Assembly: GCA_036676495.1 (NCBI GenBank)
Contig: JAKFCT010000028.1
Location: 138,832 to 202,831 of the forward strand
DNA length: 64,000 bases
Origin: Candidatus Sericytochromatia bacterium
Lineage (GTDB): Bacteria; Cyanobacteriota; Sericytochromatia; S15B-MN24; UBA4093
Direction of reading: 5' to 3'
Position 1 is the stretch's first letter; the number at the start of each line of letters is the position of its first letter. A program made the position numbers and the translations under genes. The notes under the pieces were generated by a model. That model was given only the letters and a program-made list of their open reading frames with translations. It did not search any database and was not told where the DNA came from. This document shows positions 38,257-48,257 of the stretch, one piece after another.

Positions 38257-41200
38257 CTACGACGGGTTCGCCAGCCCCGAGAGGTAGGCCCACCGGGTCG
38301 CGATGCCGGCCTCGGCGCGAGCTAGCAGCTCCTCGGCCCGCTCCGGGTCGGATTGCGCCAGCATCCGATACCGGCCCTCGGCGTACGCGTAGTCCTTGAA
38401 CGGAATCGCCGGAGCCTTGCTATCGAGCGCGAACGGGTTCTTGCCCTGGGCCGCGAGTTCCGGGTTGTAGCGGAAGAGCGGCCAGTGCCCGCTCTTCACG
38501 GCCCGATCCTGCTGCTCGGGCTGGCGAGCCATGTCCAGGCCATGCGCGATGCACGGCGAGTAGGCAATCACCAGGGAGGGCCCGTCGTACTTCGCGGCTT
38601 CCGTCAACGCCCGCACCGTCTGCGCGTCGTTGGCCCCGTAGGCCACCGTCGCCACGTAGACATGCCCGTAGCTCATGGCCATGCGGGCGAGATCCTTCTT
38701 GGCCGTGGCCTTGCCCGAGTTGGCGAACTTGGCCACCGCGCCGGTCGGGGTCGACTTCGACGACTGTCCGCCGGTGTTGGAGTAGACCTCGGTGTCGAGC
38801 ACCAGGATGTTCACGTTGCGGCCACTCGCCAGCACGTGATCCAACCCGCCGAAACCGATGTCGTAAGCCCAGCCGTCGCCTCCGACGATCCAGAGGGTCC
38901 GCTTGACCAGGTACTCCGAGAGCTCGCGCAGGCGTCCGGCTTCCCAGCTCGTCGAGCCCTCGAGATGCTTCAAGAGCACCTCCACCCGCGCCCGCTGGGC
39001 ATCGACGCCGTCCTGGGTCGATTGATCGGCGTTGAGCAAGCTCTCCACCAGCTCAGGGGCATTCGCGAGCTCGGGAACGGTCCGCAAGAGCTCGAGGGCC
39101 TGCTCGGCGAACTTGTCGGTCGCCAGCCGCATCCCGAAGCCGAACTCGGCGTTGTCCTCGAAGAGCGAGTTGGCCCAGGAAGGCCCGCGGCCTTGCTTAT
39201 TGGTGGTCCAGGGGGTGGTCGGCAGGTTGCCGCCGTAGATCGACGAGCAGCCCGTGGCGTTCGAGACCATCATGTGATCCCCGAAGAGCTGGGTCAGCAT
39301 CTTGAGGTAAGGCGTCTCGCCGCAGCCCGAGCACGCTCCCGAGAACTCGAACAAGGGCTGCACCAGCTGGGTGCCCTTGACCGTGATCATGTTGGCGAGC
39401 GAGCGGTCGGTCTCGGGGAGATCCAGGAAGTACTGGAAGTTCACCCGCTCGGGCTCACGCAGGGGCGCCTGGGGCGCCATCATGATGGCCTTGCGCTCCG
39501 GGTCCTGCTTGTCCTTGGCGGGGCAGACGAAGACGCACGCGCCGCAGCCCGTACAATCCTCGGGGGCCACTTGCAGGAGGTAGCTCTTGCCCTTGACGCC
39601 CTTGGCCTCCATCGCCTTGAAGGTTTCGGGGGCATCGGCCAGGAGGCAGGAGTCGATCATCTTGGTGCGGATGGCGGCATGCGGGCAGACCATCGCGCAC
39701 TTGCCGCACTGGATGCACATGGAGGTGTCCAGCACCGGGATCTCCTCGGCGATGTTGCGCTTCTCGAAGCGGGACGTCCCGGTGGGGAAGGTGCCGTCGC
39801 AGGGCATCGCCGAGACGGGAAGCTCGTCTCCCTTGCCCTCGATGATGGCTCCGAGCACATCGCGGACGAACGCGCTGGCCCCTTCCGAGACGGGGGGCTT
39901 CATGCCGAGACCGCTGCCGGCGGCGTCGGGAAGCTGGACCTCGAATAGGTTGGCGAGCGTCTGGTCGACGGCCAGGAAGTTCTTCTGGACCACGGCCTCG
40001 CCCTTGGCACCGTAGGATTTGGCGATGGAGCGCTTGATCTCGGCGATCGCCTCCGCCCGGGGCAGGACGTTGGAGATGGCGAAGAAGCAGGTCTGCATGA
40101 TGGTGTTGATGCGGCGCCCCATGCCCGTCTCGCGGGCCACCCGGGTGGCGTCGATGACGTAGAACTTCAGGCGCTTGGCGAGGATCCGCTGCTGCACCAG
40201 CTCGGGCAGCTTGTTCCAGACCTCCTCGGGCCCGAAGGGGCTGTTCAAGAGGAAGGTCGCCCCCTCCTCGGCGTCGGCGAGCATGTCGCGCTGCTCCAGC
40301 ATGAAGAACTGGTGGCAAGCGATGAAGCTGGCCTTTCGGATCTGGTAGGTGGCGCGAATCGGCTTGCGGCCGAAGCGCAGGTGGCTGATGGTGGTCGAGC
40401 CCGATTTCTTCGAGTCGTAGACGAAGTAGCCCTGGGCGTAGTTGGGGGTCTCCTCGCCGATGATCTTGATGGAGTTCTTGTTGGCGCCCACGGTGCCGTC
40501 CGACCCCAGGCCGTAGAAGAGGGCGCGGACGGTCTCGGGGTCCTCGGTGGTGAAGGCGGGGTCGAAGGGAATCGAGGTCTGGGTGACGTCGTCGACGATG
40601 CCCACGGTGAAGTGGTTCTTGGGGCGATCGCTGGCGAGGTTCGAGACGATGCCCATCACCATGGCCGGCGTGAACTCCTTCGAGCCCAGGCCGTAGCGGC
40701 CGCCGACCACGAGAGGCCGCTCCTGGAAGGGGGCAGTGCCGTCCGCGAGGCCCTCGTAGATGGCCGTCAGGACGTCGTGGTACAAGGGCTCGCCATTGGA
40801 GCCGGGCTCCTTGGTGCGATCCAGGACCGCGATGCGCCGGGTGGTCTTCGGCATGACCTCCAGCAGCAGGCGCGCCGAGAACGGCCGGAACAGCCGAACC
40901 TTGATCAGGCCGACCTTCCAGCCCTGAGCGGCCAGCGCCGTGATGGTCTCTTCGGCAGTCTCGGCGCCGGAGCCCATCATGACGAGCACCATGTCGGCGT
41001 CCTCGGGGCCCACGTAGTCGAAGAGGTGGTACTGGCGCCCCACCAGGCGCGCGAAGCGGTCCATGCTGGCCTGGACGATGCCCGGAAGGGCCTCGTAGTA
41101 GCGGTTCACGGTCTCGCGGGTCTGGAAGAAGGTATCCGGGTTCTGGGCGGTGCCGCGAACCACCGGATGATCCGGCGAGAGGCCGTGGCGCCGATGCTCG

Positions 41201-41865
41201 GAGATGCGCTCCATGCTGAGCATGGCGCGCATGTCGTCGTGGGTCAGCTCCTCGATCTTGTTGATCTCGTGTGAGGTGCGGAAGCCGTCGAAGAAGTGAA
41301 GGAAGGGCACCCGCGCCTCCAGGGTGGCCGCCTGGCTGATGAGCGCGAAGTCCATGACTTCCTGCACGTTCCCCGAGCAGAGCATGGCCCAGCCGGTCTG
41401 GCGGGTGGCCATGACGTCCGAGTGGTCCCCGAAGATCGACAGGGTCGAGGTCGCCAGGGCCCGGGCGGTCACGTGGAAGACCGTGGGGGTGAGCTCGCCG
41501 GCGATCTTGTACATGTTGGGGATCATCAGGAGCAGGCCCTGGCTGGCCGTGAAGGTCGTGGTCAGGGCCCCGGTCTGGAGGGCGCCATGGACGGCCCCGG
41601 CCGCGCCGCCTTCGGACTGCATCTCGGCGACCAGCGGCACCGTCCCGAAGAGGTTCTTCTCTCCCTGCGAGGCCTTCTCGTCGCAGATCTCCCCCATCGT
41701 CGACGACGGAGTGATGGGGTAGATGGCAATCACCTCGTTGCAGGCGTAGGCCACGTGGGCGGCGGCCGTGTTGCCGTCGACGGTCACCTGCTTGCGGCTC
41801 ACGTCCGGACGCGGGGCCGCCTGGAAAGACGGATCCTCGCCGGCTCGGGGGGTATCGTATTGCAT
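38257..41865 (-). CDS. nifJ: Pyruvate:ferredoxin (flavodoxin) oxidoreductase, single chain
   Basis: YPITPSS, MQSEGGA, FTASQGLLLMIPN, two CxxCxxCxxxCP, FSGACSGCGETPY, GGDGWAYDIG. Confidence 0.97.
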   Translation of the reverse strand: MQYDTPRAGEDPSFQAAPRPDVSRKQVTVDGNTAAAHVAYACNEVIAIYPITPSSTMGEICDEKASQGEKNLFGTVPLVAEMQSEGGAAGAVHGALQTGALTTTFTASQGLLLMIPNMYKIAGELTPTVFHVTARALATSTLSIFGDHSDVMATRQTGWAMLCSGNVQEVMDFALISQAATLEARVPFLHFFDGFRTSHEINKIEELTHDDMRAMLSMERISEHRRHGLSPDHPVVRGTAQNPDTFFQTRETVNRYYEALPGIVQASMDRFARLVGRQYHLFDYVGPEDADMVLVMMGSGAETAEETITALAAQGWKVGLIKVRLFRPFSARLLLEVMPKTTRRIAVLDRTKEPGSNGEPLYHDVLTAIYEGLADGTAPFQERPLVVGGRYGLGSKEFTPAMVMGIVSNLASDRPKNHFTVGIVDDVTQTSIPFDPAFTTEDPETVRALFYGLGSDGTVGANKNSIKIIGEETPNYAQGYFVYDSKKSGSTTISHLRFGRKPIRATYQIRKASFIACHQFFMLEQRDMLADAEEGATFLLNSPFGPEEVWNKLPELVQQRILAKRLKFYVIDATRVARETGMGRRINTIMQTCFFAISNVLPRAEAIAEIKRSIAKSYGAKGEAVVQKNFLAVDQTLANLFEVQLPDAAGSGLGMKPPVSEGASAFVRDVLGAIIEGKGDELPVSAMPCDGTFPTGTSRFEKRNIAEEIPVLDTSMCIQCGKCAMVCPHAAIRTKMIDSCLLADAPETFKAMEAKGVKGKSYLLQVAPEDCTGCGACVFVCPAKDKQDPERKAIMMAPQAPLREPERVNFQYFLDLPETDRSLANMITVKGTQLVQPLFEFSGACSGCGETPYLKMLTQLFGDHMMVSNATGCSSIYGGNLPTTPWTTNKQGRGPSWANSLFEDNAEFGFGMRLATDKFAEQALELLRTVPELANAPELVESLLNADQSTQDGVDAQRARVEVLLKHLEGSTSWEAGRLRELSEYLVKRTLWIVGGDGWAYDIGFGGLDHVLASGRNVNILVLDTEVYSNTGGQSSKSTPTGAVAKFANSGKATAKKDLARMAMSYGHVYVATVAYGANDAQTVRALTEAAKYDGPSLVIAYSPCIAHGLDMARQPEQQDRAVKSGHWPLFRYNPELAAQGKNPFALDSKAPAIPFKDYAYAEGRYRMLAQSDPERAEELLARAEAGIATRWAYLSGLANPS

Positions 41866-41887
41866 GAGCGCCTCCTTATCCTTGGAC

Positions 41888-42769
41888 TCAATAGGTCTCG
41901 ACGTGCCAGCGCTTGGCTTTTTTCAGCTCCTCGCGCCGCTCGGCCCAGTCGATCCCATGGCGGCCGGCCAGCTCGGTGAGGGCCTCGTTGATGCCCGTCT
42001 CCATGCCCTTCAGGCCGCACATGTAGAAAGTGGTGTTGTCTGCCGACAAGATCGGCCAGAGCGCCTCTCCTTGCTCGAGGAGGCGGTGCTGCACGTACAT
42101 GCGCTGGCCGTCGGCGGTCTGCTGCTCCCGGCTGATGGCCCAGACGGCCTCGAAGCCGGCATGCTGCGCCTGTATGGCCTCGAACTCCTCCCGGTAGAGC
42201 ATCTGCGAGGAGTACGGGGTGCCGAAGAAGAGGTGCGCTTGTCCCTGGAAGGGGCTTCCCGGTCGGAAGAGCTGCCGGACGAAGCCTCGGAACGGAGCGA
42301 TGCCCGTGCCCGTCGCCAGCATGATCAGGTTGGCATGGGGATCTTCGGGCAAGAGGAACGTGCGTCCCACCGGACCGGTGAGCTGGACCACCTCGCCCGG
42401 CTCCAGGTCGCAGAGGTAGTTGGAGCAAGGGCCTTGCACCTCGGCGCCCGATTCGTCGGTGTAGACGACCCGCTTGACGCAAAGCGTCAAGGTTTTGCCG
42501 TCCTGAGCGTCGCCGTCGTGGGTCGAGGCGATCGAGTAGAGGCGCAGCTTGCAGGGCTTGCCGTCCTTCTCCAGGCGGGGAGCGACGATCCCGACGCTCT
42601 GGCCTTCCAGGTAGCGGAAGTCGCCCCCGGAGCAATCGAAGACCAGATGACGGATGTCAGGCTGGTCTTCGGGGGTGAGGCGGGTATTCGAAATCAGCGT
42701 GCAGGACAGCGGCGCGTTGGGCCGGTAGAGGTTGATGGGAATCTCGCGTGCGGCGACCGTGGTAGTCAT
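41888..42769 (-). CDS. petH: Ferredoxin-NADP+ reductase, plant/cyanobacterial type
   Basis: RLYSIAS, G.CSNYLCDL, TGPVG, MLATGTGIAPFR, YMCGLKGM, C-terminal WHVETY. Confidence 0.9.
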   Translation of the reverse strand: MTTTVAAREIPINLYRPNAPLSCTLISNTRLTPEDQPDIRHLVFDCSGGDFRYLEGQSVGIVAPRLEKDGKPCKLRLYSIASTHDGDAQDGKTLTLCVKRVVYTDESGAEVQGPCSNYLCDLEPGEVVQLTGPVGRTFLLPEDPHANLIMLATGTGIAPFRGFVRQLFRPGSPFQGQAHLFFGTPYSSQMLYREEFEAIQAQHAGFEAVWAISREQQTADGQRMYVQHRLLEQGEALWPILSADNTTFYMCGLKGMETGINEALTELAGRHGIDWAERREELKKAKRWHVETY

Positions 42770-42860
42770 CTGAGAGCACTCTCCCGCGGAAAGAAGGGGG
42801 GAATCCGAATTTAGTCACTGGCGCTAGGCGTTGCGCCTAGTTTGACGCAATTCGGGCGAG

Positions 42861-42888
42861 TTTCCGTCAGTAAATGACCGATCATGCG
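42861..42888 (-). promoter_or_regulatory. Putative operator shared with the pnt promoter
   Basis: TTTCCGTCAGTAAATGACCGATCATGCG, an imperfect palindrome. Confidence 0.5.
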
Positions 42889-43044
42889 GTAAAACCCTGA
42901 TTTTTCGCTAATAATGGGTAATAGTTGCAAATTATCCGGTCGGATGAGGCGTGGGGTTCTACGGATTTCCCGCCGGCCGCGATTGGCTAGAATAGGCGGG
43001 TCCAAGCTTGCTTCGAGGGATCCCCCTCGCGTCTGGAGAACACC

Positions 43045-43278
43045 ATGGCCGAACTCAGCGAACGATTCGACGATAACGTCCCGGGCCCCTACTACGTCGA
43101 TGCCACCTGCATCGTCTGCGGAGCGTGCGAGGGGGCTGCCCCCGACAATATCCGCCTCTCCGACGACGGGTCCCATGACGTCGTCTACAAGCAGCCTGAA
43201 AACGACGCCGAGCGTCAGGCGCTTCAGGATGCCATCGACGGGTGCCCGGTCGGCGCCATCGGGGACGACGGGAACTAG
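43045..43278 (+). CDS. Monocluster ferredoxin
   Basis: YYVD..CIVCGAC...AP, CPVGAIG. Confidence 0.9.
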   Translation: MAELSERFDDNVPGPYYVDATCIVCGACEGAAPDNIRLSDDGSHDVVYKQPENDAERQALQDAIDGCPVGAIGDDGN

Positions 43279-43369
43279 CCTCCGCGCATCTCCCATCTGT
43301 TTGTTTGAATGTCCCGACCTGAATGCTACGGTGATCCCGCATGGGTCACGAGGCGAGGAAGGAGGGACC

Positions 43370-43864
43370 ATGGACATCATCCAGGTCTTGCGCGATGAGC
43401 ATCAGCAGGTCATCGACCTCTTCGAGAAGTTCGATGCGCTGGACGAGGCGAGCGCCAAGAAACCGGTCGCCGAAGAGCTCCTCCAGCAGCTCATGGTGCA
43501 TGAAAAAGGCGAAGAGGATGCCGTCTACGGCAAGGTGCGTGCGCTCCTCGCGGATCCCGCGGTCATCGACGAGGCCCTCCTCGAGCAAGCGGACCTCAAG
43601 GATCGGATCCGCGAGATCGTGGCCGATCCGAACTCCGAGAGCTTGGCCCGGCGCATCCTCCAGCTGCGCGAGCTGGTCATGGACCACATCGCCACCGAAC
43701 AAGGCCGGATCTTTCCCTTGATGCGGGAGGTCGTCGACGCGCGCATGAGCGAGCAGCTCGCCTCCAACTTCAAGACCGCCAAGGCTGGCCACATGGTGGA
43801 GTTCCCGTCCCTATCGATCACCATGGCCCCGGAATCCCCCTCCGAAAAGCCGCAGCGCCGCTAA
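43370..43864 (+). CDS. Hemerythrin/HHE domain protein
   Basis: L.DEH, HEKGEE..VY, HIATEQ..IFP; AAGGAGG RBS. Confidence 0.8.
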   Translation: MDIIQVLRDEHQQVIDLFEKFDALDEASAKKPVAEELLQQLMVHEKGEEDAVYGKVRALLADPAVIDEALLEQADLKDRIREIVADPNSESLARRILQLRELVMDHIATEQGRIFPLMREVVDARMSEQLASNFKTAKAGHMVEFPSLSITMAPESPSEKPQRR

Positions 43865-43874
43865 CACGCACCAC

Positions 43875-43916
43875 GCGGAAAGCCCCCCCGAACACGCGTT
43901 CAAGGGGGCTTTCGCG
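43875..43916. terminator. Bidirectional terminator
   Basis: GAAAGCCCCC...GGGGGCTTTC stem between convergent genes. Confidence 0.7.
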
Positions 43917-43926
43917 GGAGTGACGC

Positions 43927-46900
43927 TTAGCTGGCAGCGACCTCGGGCAGCCGCTCGGCGACCGTCACCGGCAGCTCCGGGCGACGGTTCCAGCGATCCA
44001 TGTAGACGTAGACCACCGGCGTGATGTAGAGCGTGATGACCTGGGAGATCATCAGGCCGCCCACCACGGCCAGCCCGAGGGACTGGCGCGCCTCGCCGCC
44101 GGCCCCGTGGCCGATGGCCAGCGGGATGGCGCCCATGATGGCCGCCGCCGTGGTCATCATGATGGGCCGGAAGCGCACCAGGCTCGCCTCGAAGATCGCC
44201 TCCGGCGCGCCCTTGCCCTTCCGCCCCTCCTCGATCGCGAAGTCGATCATCATGATGGCGTTCTTCTTGACGATGCCGATCAGCATCATCAGGCCGACGA
44301 AGCCGTAGATGTCCAGGGGCTTTCCGAAGACCATCAGCACCACCAGCGCCCCCATGGCCGCCGAGGGCAGGCCCGCGAGCACCGTGAGCGGGTGGATGAA
44401 GCTCTCGTAGAGCATGCCCAGCACCAGGTAGATGACCACGATGGCCGCCAACAGCAGCCAGCCCATGCTGGACATGGACTCCTGGAACTCCTGCGCCGAG
44501 CCCTGGAAGGCGTACGAGACCCCTTCCGGCAGGATCGCCTCGGCAAGCTCCGAGACCTTGCGGGTGGCCGCGTCCAGGGTCACACCGGCCGCGGCGTCGA
44601 ACGAGAGCGTCACGGCGGGGAGCTGGCCCAGGTGGTTGACCGTCACCGGCCCGACGCCCGTGACTTGCTGCGTGACCGTCGACAACGGCACGAGCTTGCC
44701 CGAAGAGGACCGGACGTAGAGCAGCTGGACGCTCTCAGGAGCGTTCTGGTACTCGGGAAGCACCTCCAGGATCACGTTGTAGTCGTTGCTGGGAGTATAG
44801 ATCTGCGAGACCTGGCGCGACCCGAAGGACGACCCCATGGTCGACATGATCGCCTCCACGCTGACCCCCGCTGCTGCGGCGGCGTCCCGGTCGATGGAGA
44901 CCTGCACCTGCGGCGCCCGGTTCTCGAGGTCCGAGTTCACGCCGACCAGCTCGGGAAGGTTGCGCATCGCCGCTTCCAGCTTGCCGGCCGCCTCGACCAC
45001 GTTGGCATGGTTGGTTCCCTGCAGCGTCACCTGGTAGCTGGAGCGGGTCGACATGCCGCCGATCCGGATGGCAGGCGGCACGTTGACGAAGGCCCGGATG
45101 CCCGGGATGTTCGAGAGCGGGCCCCGCAGTTGCTTGGCGACGGCCTCGATCCCGTCATGGCGCTCGGCGAACGGCTTCAGCGAGACGAACATCATCCCCG
45201 AGGTGCCGCCCCCCCGGAAGCCGCCCCCCGCCGTGACCGACGACATGAAGCCGTGGACGTTGGGGTTCTTGGCGACGATGTCGGCCGCCACCTGCTGGTG
45301 CCGGACCATGTCCTCAAACGAGACGCCCTGCTGGGCCTGGGTCGTGATCATGATCTGACCCGCGTCCTCGGTCGGCAGGAAGCCCTTCGGAACGGCCACG
45401 AAGAGCCAGCCCGTGACGGCGATCAAGGCGACGAAGACGGCCAGGGCCGCGCGGCTATGCCGCATCACCGCCCGCAGCGTGCGCCCGTAGAAGTCCAGCG
45501 AGCGCTCGAAGAAGGCCTCGGTCACCGTGAAGAACCAGCCCTTGCGGGTCTCATGCCGCAGGAAGCGCGCCCCGAGCATCGGAGTCAAGGTCAGCGAGAC
45601 CACGCAGGAGACCAGGATGGCCACCGCGACCGTGATGGCGAACTCGTTGAACAGCCGGCCCACGATCCCGCCCATGAAGAGCACCGGGATGAAGACGGCC
45701 GCCAGCGAGATGGTCATCGCGATGATCGTGAAGACGATCTCGCGCGAGCCCTCCAGCGCCGCCTCCAGGCGGCTCTTGCCCGATTCCATGTGGCGGACGA
45801 TGTTCTCGAGCATGACGATCGCGTCGTCGACCACCAGGCCCGTGGCCAGCGTGAGCGCCATCAGCGAGAGGTTGTTGAGACTGAAGCCCATGTAGGCCAT
45901 CACGCCGAAGGTCGCGAGGATCGAAGTCGGAAGCGCGAGGCTCGGGATCAGGGTCGCCGAGAGGTTCCTCAGGAAGAGGAAGATGACCATGATGACCAGG
46001 CCGATGGTCAGCACCAGGGTGAACTGCACCTCGTTGACGGACTCGCGGATCGACACGCTGCGATCGTAGAGGACGTCGAGGTTGACCGAGGCGGGGATGG
46101 CGCGCCGCAGTTCGGGAAGCTTCGATAGGATCCCGTCGACGACCTTGATGGTATTGGAGCCGGGCTGACGCATGATGGCCAGCGTGACGCTGCGATTGCC
46201 GTTGTACCAGGCCGCGCTGCGCTCGTTCTCCACCGAGTCCAGGACGCGCCCCAGCTCGTTCAGACGGACGGGAGCTCCGTTGCGGTAGGCCACGATCAGC
46301 TGGCGGTAGGCCTCGGCATTCTCCAGCTGTCCCTTGGCCTGCACGTCATAGGCGTGGTAAGGGCCGTTCAGCGTGCCGGTGGGCTGGTTCGAGTTGCCGC
46401 GGCGCATGGCCGATTCCACCTCGTCCATGCCGATGCCCCGCGCCGCCAAGGCCGCCGGATCCACCTGCGCCCGCACGGCATACTTCGCCTGACCCCAGAC
46501 GTTCACCTGGCTGACGCCCGAGACCGTCGAGATCTGCTGCGCGAGCAAGGTCTCCGCGTATTCGTTGACGTCCGCCAGCGGCAGCGTATCCGAGGACAGC
46601 GCCAGCATCAGGACCGGCGCGTCCGCCGGGTTGACCTTGCGGAAGGAGGGCGGAGTCGTCATCTGGGTCGGCAAGCGCCGGCTGGCGGCCGTCAGGGCCG
46701 CCTGCACGTCCTGCGCTGCCGCATCGATGTCGCGATCCAGGTTGAACTGGAGCGTGATCCGCGTCTGCCCCTGCGAGCTCGACGAGGTCATCGAGTCCAG
46801 CCCCTGGATGGTCATGAACTGACGCTCCAGCGGGGTGGCGACCGACGAGGCCATCGTGTCCGGGTTGGCCCCCGACAGGGTCGCCGTGACCTGGATCGTC

Positions 46901-47028
46901 GGGTAATCCACGCTGGGAAGGTTATTGACCGGAAGCTGGAAGTAACCGAAGACCCCGAAGAGCAGCAGCGCGATCGTCAACAGGGCCGTGGCTACCGGCC
47001 GCTTGATGAACGGCTCGGAAAGGTTCAT
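43927..47028 (-). CDS. RND efflux permease, MdtB/MdtC-like
   Basis: FIKRPVAT, VATPLERQF, VVDDAIVMLENI, GIVKKNAIMMIDFA, RFRPIMMTT. Confidence 0.94.
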   Translation of the reverse strand: MNLSEPFIKRPVATALLTIALLLFGVFGYFQLPVNNLPSVDYPTIQVTATLSGANPDTMASSVATPLERQFMTIQGLDSMTSSSSQGQTRITLQFNLDRDIDAAAQDVQAALTAASRRLPTQMTTPPSFRKVNPADAPVLMLALSSDTLPLADVNEYAETLLAQQISTVSGVSQVNVWGQAKYAVRAQVDPAALAARGIGMDEVESAMRRGNSNQPTGTLNGPYHAYDVQAKGQLENAEAYRQLIVAYRNGAPVRLNELGRVLDSVENERSAAWYNGNRSVTLAIMRQPGSNTIKVVDGILSKLPELRRAIPASVNLDVLYDRSVSIRESVNEVQFTLVLTIGLVIMVIFLFLRNLSATLIPSLALPTSILATFGVMAYMGFSLNNLSLMALTLATGLVVDDAIVMLENIVRHMESGKSRLEAALEGSREIVFTIIAMTISLAAVFIPVLFMGGIVGRLFNEFAITVAVAILVSCVVSLTLTPMLGARFLRHETRKGWFFTVTEAFFERSLDFYGRTLRAVMRHSRAALAVFVALIAVTGWLFVAVPKGFLPTEDAGQIMITTQAQQGVSFEDMVRHQQVAADIVAKNPNVHGFMSSVTAGGGFRGGGTSGMMFVSLKPFAERHDGIEAVAKQLRGPLSNIPGIRAFVNVPPAIRIGGMSTRSSYQVTLQGTNHANVVEAAGKLEAAMRNLPELVGVNSDLENRAPQVQVSIDRDAAAAAGVSVEAIMSTMGSSFGSRQVSQIYTPSNDYNVILEVLPEYQNAPESVQLLYVRSSSGKLVPLSTVTQQVTGVGPVTVNHLGQLPAVTLSFDAAAGVTLDAATRKVSELAEAILPEGVSYAFQGSAQEFQESMSSMGWLLLAAIVVIYLVLGMLYESFIHPLTVLAGLPSAAMGALVVLMVFGKPLDIYGFVGLMMLIGIVKKNAIMMIDFAIEEGRKGKGAPEAIFEASLVRFRPIMMTTAAAIMGAIPLAIGHGAGGEARQSLGLAVVGGLMISQVITLYITPVVYVYMDRWNRRPELPVTVAERLPEVAAS

Positions 47029-48257
47029 CGGCCGCTCCTCTCACCTTGGGGCGGCGTCCCCTGGGGATTGCCCCCCTGAGGCTGCCCTTCCGGCTTCGCG
47101 GGGGGCTCGATGCCGTCGCGAATCTCGACCGTGGCGCCCTCGCGCAACTGCAGGGTGCCGTCCGTGACCACCCGCTCGCCCGCGTTCAAGCCCGAGACGA
47201 CCACCGCGAGGTCGCCCTGGATCCGCTCCAGCTTGACGTCGCGCTGCGAAACCGTGAGATCCCCGTTGACCACGAAGGCGTAATGCCCCGTCTGGCTCGG
47301 CTGCACGGCTTGGGCCGGCGCCACGACCCGGTTGCGCTCGGTCGTGAGGGTGAGGGCCACGTCCGCGAACTGCCCGGGAACCAGCGCTCCCGAGGCGTTG
47401 GGGAACTGCGCCTTCAACTTGAGCGTGCCGGTGGAGGGATCCACCGCGTTGTCCAGGAAGACCACCTTGCCCGTGACCGGCTGGCCGCCCCGCGGAGTCG
47501 CCGTCACGCGGATCGGATCCTCGGCCTGGTAGCGGCGCACCCGATCGATCTGGTTCTGGGGGATGGTGAAGCTGACGTAAACCGGCGAGACCCGGTTGAT
47601 GACCAGCAGGGGCGTGGATCCGCCCGCCTGGACCAGGTTGCCCGCATCGATCTGGCGATCGCCCGCCACCCCGTCGATCGGAGAGGCGATCGTCGTGTAG
47701 GAGAGCTGCACCCGCGCATTCTCCACCACGGCCTGATCCGCCTGAACCGTCGCCGACAGCGCCGCCACGGCCGACGACATCTGCTCGGCCTGCTGCCGCG
47801 ACACGAAGCCCTGCGCCAGCAGATCCTGGTAACGCCTGGCGTCGGCCTTGGCCTGCGCCAGCTGCGCCTGATCCCTCGCGAGCACCGCCTCGGCCTGCTT
47901 CAAGGCCGCCTGCAACGGAGCCGGATCCAGCTTGAAGAGCATCTGCCCCTTCTTCACGGGCTTACCTTCCTCGAAGCCCACCTCCAGCACCTGACCTGAG
48001 GCCTGAGCGCGCACCGAGACCGTCTCGATCGCCTCGACCGTGCCGACCGCCGAGAAGAGCAGCGGAACATCCGAAACCTTGACGTCGTCCACCAGGACAG
48101 GAACGGCACGCTGCATGAACTTTGCGCCTTCCTTGGACTCCTTCGGAGCCGAGAGGAACTTGCCGGCCACCAGCGCCACGACGATCAGCGCGGCGAGGCC
48201 CAAGAGCCAAAGCCGCTTCGGGCGAGGCGCAGGGGGTGTCGGTTGGACATCGATCAT
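47025..48257 (-). CDS. RND membrane fusion protein, MdtA-like
   Basis: N-terminal TM; SYTTIASPIDG, DNAVDPSTGT.KLKA; ATGA overlap with the upstream gene. Confidence 0.9.
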   Translation of the reverse strand: MIDVQPTPPAPRPKRLWLLGLAALIVVALVAGKFLSAPKESKEGAKFMQRAVPVLVDDVKVSDVPLLFSAVGTVEAIETVSVRAQASGQVLEVGFEEGKPVKKGQMLFKLDPAPLQAALKQAEAVLARDQAQLAQAKADARRYQDLLAQGFVSRQQAEQMSSAVAALSATVQADQAVVENARVQLSYTTIASPIDGVAGDRQIDAGNLVQAGGSTPLLVINRVSPVYVSFTIPQNQIDRVRRYQAEDPIRVTATPRGGQPVTGKVVFLDNAVDPSTGTLKLKAQFPNASGALVPGQFADVALTLTTERNRVVAPAQAVQPSQTGHYAFVVNGDLTVSQRDVKLERIQGDLAVVVSGLNAGERVVTDGTLQLREGATVEIRDGIEPPAKPEGQPQGGNPQGTPPQGERSGR

